Origin: a virus
Taxonomy: Duplodnaviria; Heunggongvirae; Uroviricota; Caudoviricetes
DNA length: 64,000 nt
Virus record (IMG/VR): IMGVR_UViG_3300029305_004950
Coordinates: 255,627 to 319,626 of that record
Strand: one strand, 5' to 3'
In this document: positions 27,986-36,018 of the stretch, one piece after another
Numbering within the stretch: position 1 is the stretch's first letter
How the letters are laid out: each line of letters starts with the position of its first letter
Made by a program: the position numbers and the translations under genes
The notes under the pieces: model-generated
What the model was told of the DNA's origin: nothing
Seen by the model: only the letters and a program-made list of their open reading frames with translations
Databases searched by the model: none

Positions 27986-28075
27986 ACATTTTTATAGCTG
28001 CTGATTATACTTTCTTAATATTTTCCAGCAATTAAAGAGATTTCCTCAAACAAAATTGAGGCCCAGATTTATTTT

Positions 28076-31000
28076 AGGTGGATCGGCATGTAAACTAGTA
28101 TAACATGATAATAGTTCACCAGCTGTCAACATGTTAGTTGCAGCTAAATCATTTACATCAGTATTATTATCAATAAAACCTAAGTTATTAGTAATCTTAG
28201 GACTATAGGAAAGCTGACGAGTAACACCAACTTTATTACTATCGGGGGAACTGATACCCAATAATCCAACCATAGATTGATCATAAGATCTCATCTGAGG
28301 GGTAAAGGCATCATCTAGGTTCGTACCTCCAATACCCTTATAAGTTGTTGAACCAAGTCTTTCAATTTCTAATACAGGACTTAAAGTTGAGTATGCTTCA
28401 ACGATAGGTGATTCTACTAGTTTCTTTATTACAGCATCTGGACTGTGTAAAGAAATTTTACGATCTTTATAACCAGATTTATAAGCATCTTTATATTCTC
28501 TTACTGCTTCAGACAGTACATCATATAAAGTTGCATTAACAGTTTCAATACTACGTAAACGATAGTTTTCCATACTATTAGCATTAACATAACTGTTATT
28601 GTCTAATAGAGTATTGCAATACAGTAAAACTCCTAGTAAGTCACTAGGTAGCTTCATATACTCTAGAATTTCCTTAGTCTTAGGATCTAGTATGAAATTC
28701 AAAGTATTTTGGAAACCTTTTGCTAGATTTCGTTTACCATAACGTAAATCGAAATACTCAATATAGATTTCCTTAGAATTCATTTGAGAGAATTCTACTT
28801 CTCTTAAGAATGGAATATCGTTTATACCATTCATAAAGAGACTATTTCTTAGAGGTGTAGACTTATAGTTCAGATAACCATCTTTGAATCTTATAGATGA
28901 CCATAGAGATTGTTCACTTTCATCTACTTGCTTCTTTTTTTCTGAAAGTTCATACTCTATACCATATCTTATCATAACGTTCTCTAAACCAAAATAGAAA
29001 CCTGTTAAAATAGCCAAAGGTATCATAGTACCAGCTACTTTAGTTCTAACATACATGAACTTAGTAGAAGTTTTTTGAGTTAGAAGTTTCTTATAAAGGT
29101 CATCATATCCATGAATCTTAAAGATATCTAAGAATAGGTCAAAGATAGAATTACGAGTAGTTAAAGTTTCAACAATACTAGTTGCTTCATTTAAAACTAC
29201 TTTATAAGAGTTAACTAATCCAGTTTCAGTATTGATAGTAAAAATCATTGAATTTCCTTTAAGAGCACCTAATAAGTACTCATTTTCAGGTATACTATCA
29301 TCTACTGCATAATCTAAGAATTCTGCTACTTCTGCATTAACTGTCTCTCTATTAAAGGAAAAGAAAACATTGTCGTTAAAAGTAAAGTTAAGCATATACT
29401 TAGAAATCTCATCGTATTCCATTATCGTCTGATACTTGGAATTGATAGTAACACAATTACCTAGCTTTACTTTAATACTTCCTTTATGATTAGGAGCATC
29501 TTTTAGAATAAAGTTCTTTAGCTTATCAGAGTTAGAAGATAGCTTCTGATTAAATCTCCAAAAGAACATCTTGTTCTTATCAGTAGAAATAGAAACTTCG
29601 TTTGGCTTATTCTTAGTTATAGGAAGTTTCATTAACTGCTTACCTATAGAAATCTTATGGTCATTTAGATACATGAATGAGTTATCATAAATGATAGGCA
29701 TTTGGATGTTAACTAAATGCTTATTACCCCAACCATCTTCATAGGTAACCTTTATTAGTTCTTTTTTATCTAACTCAGTAGAAATATCTTCTCTAGATAG
29801 GTTAGTAACATAGATAGGACATTCAGGGTCATCATTAAAAGCAGATAGAACCTTTATCAAGTCTCTATCCTTTTGATTTTTAACATAGTTTCTATCTAAA
29901 TCTTTTAGAGTACATTTCTTGACTTCATCATTCAATGTATCTATCTTGATATTTTTAGATTCTATGTTATGAACTGAATGTTCTTTTATAATACTATCTA
30001 TAGAAACAGGTTTTTCATCTTTCTTAAGAGAAACGTCTACTTTTTTCTGTTTTTCCTTAAGTTGTTCTACTTTTTTCTCAGAAACAGTAGTTTGATTATC
30101 ACCTAAGTCTATTAGATACTGTAAGAATTTTTTATCATTGTTCAAGCTATCCTCTAAGTCATTTTCATTATCATAAAGACTAGATTTAACGTTTATAGTT
30201 TTTTCTATCTTATCCATTAAATCTAAATCCTTACTACTATGAGAAAGTTTAGTGTTTAGACTTAATCCATTAACTATCTTTTCTTTAACAAGATTAGCTA
30301 TTTCAACATGAGGATCAGTATTAGAAATCTGCTTTAAAGAACTAGCTTTTATTTCATTACCAAAATCAATGTTTAGTTCTTTATTGATTCTATTAGTTAT
30401 TTCCTGATTAACGTCTCTTTCAATTAATTCAGTTTCTTCATCCTTATCTAGAGTAATACCATTAGAAATCTTATATAGAATGTTACAAAGTTTCTTAAAT
30501 CTTACTAAAGAGAATTTAGGATCATTAAAATCAACCTTAAACATTCTACTATTTCTAGAATCAGAAAAAACAAAATTGAACTTACTAAAGAATTCTTTAT
30601 CTAATGAATCATGTAATAGTAAATAGTATAACATGTTTTCAAAAGTGAATTCTCTACCAGTAGTAATCATCTTTTCTGGTATTACATGAATAAATACTTC
30701 AGGATAAACAAGAGTTTTTTGTAAGATTTCCTTTAAAAAAGGTTGGAAAAACTTAAGTTTACTTTCAAATGTTTTATAAGATTTGAAAGTATCATCAAAT
30801 AGTTTCCAATAAGGATAGGAATCAAAATAGGTATTATAGTTACCGTATAAATCTAGTTTAACTCGTTTAAATGTAACTGAAGGTAGTTTATTAGATATCT
30901 CTTTATATCTAATTTCTTGTAAATTTTCTATACGTTTACTTTTACATGATACTAGTCTATCAATCTTTGGGTAATAGTAACCTTTAATAAATTGCTTTAA

Positions 31001-31165
31001 GAAAAGATTAGAATTAACTTCTCTATAAATATTATCAGAACTAGTACTTGGAAAGAAAATCAATCTTCCTTTTTGTTTATTTGGATTCTCGTCATTACTA
31101 AAAAATAGATTATAATTTTTATATAGATAAAGGTTCTTATCTAATAAGTAGTAATTATATCTCAA
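28076..31165 (-). CDS. RNA polymerase beta subunit, exon 1 (spliced product ~1416 aa; probably virion RNAP type)
   Basis: MYLNDHKISIGKQL, RLRSIE, SPVLEIE, MRSYDQSMVGLL..SSPDSNKVGVTRQL (beta TPEGPNIGL region). Confidence 0.88.
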
Positions 31166-31655
31166 AAACTTTTTCCTCCTTTCAGAGATTTTTATTAATT
31201 ATTTGGTTATAAATCTTTTAATTCTTATAATTTTTAAAATTTTTAAATTCTATTAGATTTAAATCTAATAGAATTATTTTTTTTTTATTTATTATTAATA
31301 AATACTAATATATATTAATAATAGATTTAATACTCTTCCTAACTTCACCGCTTCCGCTTGTTAGTAATTTTATGTTTTTCAAAAATCTTTTTTTATTAGA
31401 AAAAACTAATTAAAAAATAAATCATTACTAATTCAAATGTATATATGAAATCTTTAGATTAAAAAAGATAGGATTAACTAAATTTTAATCTAATTTTTAA
31501 GTATATATTTTTATTTTAGAAAAATAGTATTTATTGGATTAGAAATAGTCATCTTCTTCCTATTTCAAAATTCAATGAATTATTATTTTGTACAAACTAA
31601 TAATTCCAAAAATCAAAAACCAAAAACACACAAAAATTTAAGGAGGACAACTAAT

Positions 31656-32435
31656 ATGGCAGTTGTTAAGAAGCCCAAGAAGGTAGAAAACACTACACCC
31701 ACTACTAAGGTAGTAAAGAAGACTACCACTGTTACCCCTGTTAAGAAGGCTGTAGAAAAGGCAACTGAAGCTCCTGTAGCAGAGAAGAAGACTGCTGCAA
31801 AGGGTGGTAAGAAGCTTTCTCTAACTGGTAATACTAAGACTCCTAAGTCCTTTGAAATTAGAGAAGGTACTCAGGCAACTCAGGAAGCTTTCATTGATAA
31901 GTTCTATAAGAAGATGCAGGATCTTGGTTATGATGTAACTAAGGAGCAGGTAAAGAAGATTAAGACTGCTTATAGTGAAACTCTAAAGGAAGTAACTGAT
32001 ATTGCTTCTTATCAGGACGTTGATGCAAGTATTTTCTATGCTCGTCGTTACATTAAGCCTCGTGTTACTGAACCTCCCAAGGCAAAGGATGGTCTAAAGA
32101 CTCTAATGAATGGTCATTATGAGCTAAAGGTTCGTAAGACTCTAGGTGATGAATCCAACTATAAGTTCTTCGGTGATACTAACGAAGATGGTACTGTTTT
32201 CATTACTACTGAAGGTGTTGAGATTCCTCTAAATGAAGAAGAGGAAGTTGAAGTTAAGCCTATTAAGAAGAAGACTCTAGTTGCTAAGAAGAAGGCAGCA
32301 CCTGTAGTCGAGGAAGAAGAAGTTGAAGAAGTCGTAGAGGATGAAGAAGAAATCGAAGAAGATGTTGTCGATGAAGAAGAAGATGACGATGATGAATTCG
32401 ATGATTTCCTCGATGATGAAGATGAAGACGAATAA
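31656..32435 (+). CDS. HU/IHF-like DNA-binding protein with Lys-rich N-tail and acidic C-tail
   Basis: Core TQEAFIDKF...VTKEQVKKI...ETLKE...RYIKPRVTEP; start at ATG 31656 after AAGGAGG. Confidence 0.55.
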   Translation: MAVVKKPKKVENTTPTTKVVKKTTTVTPVKKAVEKATEAPVAEKKTAAKGGKKLSLTGNTKTPKSFEIREGTQATQEAFIDKFYKKMQDLGYDVTKEQVKKIKTAYSETLKEVTDIASYQDVDASIFYARRYIKPRVTEPPKAKDGLKTLMNGHYELKVRKTLGDESNYKFFGDTNEDGTVFITTEGVEIPLNEEEEVEVKPIKKKTLVAKKKAAPVVEEEEVEEVVEDEEEIEEDVVDEEEDDDDEFDDFLDDEDEDE

Positions 32436-32565
32436 TTCTTAATCACTACTTACAATTGAATAACGTATAATTTACACTAGGGATAAGTATTTTTACTTAT
32501 CCCTAGTTTTTTTGTTTAAAAATACATAAAACTGTATAATTGTAAATAGAAAGGAAATAAAAACT

Positions 32566-33303
32566 ATGAACAATTATAATGAAGGTAAATTAGTATATCC
32601 AGAATATAGTCATATAACAAATAGAAACTATATAGTGGATATTGCAGAAATTGTAAAACAAAAGCATAAAATACCAATGCAATATGAAACTATTAATGTT
32701 GGTGGTAATCCAGACGATCTACATCAATTATCTAAGAAACTAGATAGATATTTCTTGCACATCATAGAAGAAATAGCAGAATTCTTAGAAGAAATTGATA
32801 AGATGAAACTAACAAAATCTGACTATCTTATTCTAAAAGAAGATAGTAATAAAGATTGTTTAATGGAACTAATTGATGTAGCTGCTTACATTAGCAGTGT
32901 TATTTCTATTCTATATATTGATATGTATGGACTAGAAAATGTAGCTAAAGGTGAATACTATGATACAATTGAAAAACATTTTATAATCGATATGTGTGAT
33001 TATGAAGCTATTCACTTTAAAGAACCAATGGTTGATACTATAAATAAAGAACTAATGAATGTGGAAAAGATTCTTATGCTAGATGTAAGAAGACTATTTC
33101 CAGAAAGAAAATGGCATAAAGATGTTAATAGAACATTATCAATATTTGAATTAGATACATTATATGAAAAATGTATTAATTCTTGCAGTAAAGCTTTAGT
33201 TGGAATTATTTCTATGTTTCTGTACTTGACAGATAACAACTATGAGCTATTTAATAAGTTATTTTTGGAAAAGAATGAGATTGTATATTCTTTAAAGAAA
33301 TAA
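32566..33303 (+). CDS. All-alpha (MazG/dimeric dUTPase-like) NTP pyrophosphatase
   Basis: EEIAEFLEE...ELIDVAAY (EExxE...ExxD) plus RKWHK. Confidence 0.65.
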   Translation: MNNYNEGKLVYPEYSHITNRNYIVDIAEIVKQKHKIPMQYETINVGGNPDDLHQLSKKLDRYFLHIIEEIAEFLEEIDKMKLTKSDYLILKEDSNKDCLMELIDVAAYISSVISILYIDMYGLENVAKGEYYDTIEKHFIIDMCDYEAIHFKEPMVDTINKELMNVEKILMLDVRRLFPERKWHKDVNRTLSIFELDTLYEKCINSCSKALVGIISMFLYLTDNNYELFNKLFLEKNEIVYSLKK

Positions 33304-33416
33304 AAAGAAATAACAATAAAATACTTCCATGATTAATAAAGTTTATCCCAATCCAATATTTTTAAAAATACGATAGGAAGATTTTGATAGAATTTTTCTA
33401 TCGTATTTTTACATAT

Positions 33417-33491
33417 AGGGGTATCGCCAAGCGGTTAAGGCAATAGACTTTGACTCTATCATCGATGTTTCGAATACATCTACCCCTGCCA
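33417..33491 (+). tRNA. tRNA-Gln(UUG)
   Basis: Cloverleaf; anticodon arm ATAGA-CTTTGAC-TCTAT; encoded CCA. Confidence 0.92.
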
Positions 33492-33522
33492 ATAGAATTC
33501 TTGATAATTCTAAAATTTTTAT

Positions 33523-33614
33523 GGCAATGTACTCAAGTGGTCGAAGAGATCTGTCTTGAAAACAGAGAGTCGGTTAATAGCCGAGCGGAGATTCGAATTC
33601 TTCCATTGCCGCCA
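33523..33614 (+). tRNA. tRNA-Ser(UGA)
   Basis: TCTGT-CTTGAAA-ACAGA; long variable arm; G73; CCA. Confidence 0.92.
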
Positions 33615-33757
33615 AAAGTCTTGATAGTTTTTATACTATCAAGACTTTAATTTTTATAAAAATCAAGAAGGTAGCCTAGGAGTCATGAACCAAGGAGATA
33701 ATAAGCCTCTATCTTAAGCTTCTTGATTTTTAAATCTTACTGTAGAGGAGTAAAAAT

Positions 33758-34612
33758 ATGATAGATAAACAGAAAAGTTATAATCATTCCAAAGAATCTA
33801 ATAAAAGAAAAGCTGAACAGTTGGGAATGTCTTCTTATGGTAAAGCTAGAAATATTCTTAATAATTCTATTTTATTTAAATTAGTTAAAGATTCAGGAGA
33901 AAATATTTGTTATAGATGCAAACAACCTATAACTGATACTAAAAATTTAACAGTTGATCACAAAGAACCTTATTTATATTCTGAAAATGCTACTGAATTA
34001 TTTTTTGATTTAGATAATGTAGCATTTAGTCATAAAAGTTGTAATTGTAAAAATACTAGAAGTAATGATAAATCATTACGTCCTAATAATGAACTAAATC
34101 TTGATACTAATAAAATAAAAGAAAAATATTTAGGTATGTCTTATGGTAAAGCTAGAAATATTCTTAATAATGATTTACTATTTACATATGTAAAGAAAAC
34201 TGGTAATGATATCTGTTTTCAATGTGGTGAAAAAATTTTAAATAAAGATGAATTATCTGTAGAACATAAAGAACCTTTTATGTATTCTGATGATCCTAAA
34301 AAACTATTCTTTGATTTGAATAATGTAGCATTTAGTCATAAAAGTTGTAACTATAAAGCTAGTAGAAAGAACGAAGGACCTTGTATAAAGAAAATATCTA
34401 GAGATTCTATGATAAGCCAATCAGGTTATAAGGGAGTTCAGTATAGAACAAATAGACCTACTAAGTATTATTCCAAACTTGTTATAAATGGTAAATCGAT
34501 TTATATTGGTTCTAGTAATGATCCTAAAGAATTAGCTGAACTATATGATAAAAAGGCTATTGAATTATTAGGTGAAGAAGCAATTACTAATAAGAAACTA
34601 GGTTTATTATAA
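33758..34612 (+). CDS. Free-standing HNH-HNH-AP2 homing-type endonuclease in the tRNA cluster
   Basis: Two copies of C..C...VDH/VEH...NVAFSHKSCN and a C-terminal SGYKGVQY...YIG...AELYD AP2 domain. Confidence 0.85.
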   Translation: MIDKQKSYNHSKESNKRKAEQLGMSSYGKARNILNNSILFKLVKDSGENICYRCKQPITDTKNLTVDHKEPYLYSENATELFFDLDNVAFSHKSCNCKNTRSNDKSLRPNNELNLDTNKIKEKYLGMSYGKARNILNNDLLFTYVKKTGNDICFQCGEKILNKDELSVEHKEPFMYSDDPKKLFFDLNNVAFSHKSCNYKASRKNEGPCIKKISRDSMISQSGYKGVQYRTNRPTKYYSKLVINGKSIYIGSSNDPKELAELYDKKAIELLGEEAITNKKLGLL

Positions 34613-34775
34613 TTTACAATAAAAGTCTTGATATTTCATGAAAATTCAATTTTTATTATAAAAAAGATATAAATAAAAATTTATTACTACGAAAATTAAA
34701 TCAATTTTTAAGTATATATTTTTATAGTATAATGAAGAATTGGTATATGAACTATCAAGACTTTTCTTTACATAT

Positions 34776-34862
34776 GGGGGTATGGCGGAATAGGTAGACG
34801 CAACAGACTTAAAATCTGTCGATAGTGATATCGTGGGAATTCGAGTTTCCCTACCCCCACCA
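34776..34862 (+). tRNA. tRNA-Leu(UAA)
   Basis: ACAGA-CTTAAAA-TCTGT; variable arm; A73; CCA. Confidence 0.93.
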
Positions 34863-34910
34863 TAAAAGTTTAGTAAGTTTCGATTATATTGGAACTGACT
34901 AAACTAATAT

Positions 34911-34988
34911 CCTCCAGTAGGCTCAGCAGGTTAGAGCTTTCGACTTATAATCGAAGGGTCGGTGGTTCGATCCCACCCTGGAGGACCA
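34911..34988 (+). tRNA. tRNA-Ile(UAU)
   Basis: TTCGA-CTTATAA-TCGAA; acceptor CCTCCAG/CTGGAGG; A73; CCA. Confidence 0.88.
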
Positions 34989-35025
34989 TTACATATAATC
35001 TAGATTTTAATCTAGTATTTATAAA

Positions 35026-35321
35026 GCGAGGTTCGATTTACTTTAAAGTAATGGTACGGTAAGATTCCGTAGGAGTATTATACTCTAACGCTTATACTGA
35101 AATATAGTTTTTGCATCTGTATGAGTAGCTACATATAGATACATACTTCAACTATAGAGTAAGCGTCATAGGGTACTACGAAAGTGTACAAGTTAGGTAA
35201 ATGCTGACCTAGCGAAGGGGTAATTAATAAAAAAGTGCATCCTTGTAAGTTGGAGAATATAGAACTATAATATATGGCTGAAACGGACTATTATATTCTA
35301 TAGGTAAACTTTCACCCCTTT
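35026..35321 (+). ncRNA. Unassigned structured RNA(s) in the tRNA cluster
   Basis: Consecutive hairpins including a GAAA tetraloop and long closing stems; no ORF; GC higher than background. Confidence 0.55.
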
Positions 35322-35325
35322 AAAT

Positions 35326-35399
35326 GCAGGTGTAATTTAATGGTAAAATGACAGCCTTCCAAGCTGTATTTGGGGTTTCGATTACCCTCACCTGCTCCA
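35326..35399 (+). tRNA. tRNA-Gly(UCC)
   Basis: ACAGC-CTTCCAA-GCTGT; U73; CCA. Confidence 0.92.
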
Positions 35400-35402
35400 T
35401 AT

Positions 35403-35486
35403 GTTGTTATAGAGTTATAAAGCTGGATATGAGAGTTTTGATGGTATCTCAGTCATATAGCGTGTAAACCATTCTCTATAACAACC
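35403..35486 (+). ncRNA. Unassigned rod-like RNA between tRNA-Gly and tRNA-Ser
   Basis: GTTGTTATAGAG/CTCTATAACAAC closing stem with inner stems. Confidence 0.4.
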
Positions 35487-35494
35487 TTATATAA

Positions 35495-35585
35495 GGAGAG
35501 TTACCCAAGTGGTTGAAGGGGGCGGTCTACTAAACCGCTAGGACGTGAAAGCGTCGCAAGGTTTCGAATACCTTACTCTCCGCCA
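35495..35585 (+). tRNA. tRNA-Ser(ACU)
   Basis: GCGGT-CTACTAA-ACCGC; long variable arm; GGAGAGT acceptor; G73; CCA. Confidence 0.88.
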
Positions 35586-35627
35586 GAATTATTATAACTA
35601 GCATAAACTAGTTATTTTAATATAAAT

Positions 35628-35703
35628 GCTTCATTAGCTCAGTAGGTAGAGCATCTGACTGTTAATCAGAGGGTCGCAGGATCGAGGCCTGCATGAAGCG
35701 CCA
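35628..35703 (+). tRNA. tRNA-Asn(GUU)
   Basis: TCTGA-CTGTTAA-TCAGA; T-loop ATCGAGG; G73; CCA. Confidence 0.9.
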
Positions 35704-35706
35704 TAT

Positions 35707-35782
35707 GATCTGCTAGCTCAGTAGGTAGAGCACTGCCCTTTTAAGGCAGGTGTCCAGAGTTCGAGCCTCTGGCAGATCACCA
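35707..35782 (+). tRNA. tRNA-Lys(UUU)
   Basis: CTGCC-CTTTTAA-GGCAG; CCA. Confidence 0.92.
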
Positions 35783-36018
35783 TATACAATATTCATCATT
35801 CCTGGTTTTGATGAATGATTGTTGGTAACGAAAATACTATAAGTGATTTATTTCACTTATAGTATTTTTTTTTTCACATTCTCACCATAATCCTATAAAA
35901 ATAGGATTATGGTCATATTTTCTAATCCAATCCTTCATTTTTTTATTCCTTTACATCTAATCTACCTTTAAACAAAGTATTAATACAAAATATACAAAAT
36001 CACATAGAAAGGAGGAAT

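Larger units (their letters stand above)
26513..28075 (-). mobile_element. Group I intron (1563 nt) in RNAP beta carrying an antisense Myb-like repeat gene in P6a
   Basis: P ~28022-28033, Q ~27997-28006, R ~26649-26660, S ~26586-26596; exon 1 ends CCU; terminal G 26513. Confidence 0.88.

Noticed and set aside
23172-31165. RNAP beta pseudogene, or a gene disrupted by an IS or prophage
   Set aside because: Both interruptions have complete group I cores with frame-restoring junctions, and there is no transposase or integrase.
31180-31570. Replication origin
   Set aside because: Extremely AT-rich but without clear iterons; explained as a divergent promoter region.
33450-33650. 66-aa ORF
   Set aside because: It overlaps tRNA-Gln and tRNA-Ser.
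35026-35321. tmRNA, RNase P RNA or hammerhead ribozyme
   Set aside because: No tRNA-like ends or tag ORF, no GAGGAAAGUCC P4 motif, and no CUGANGA core; partial AAGUGC and GGUAAAC matches are insufficient.
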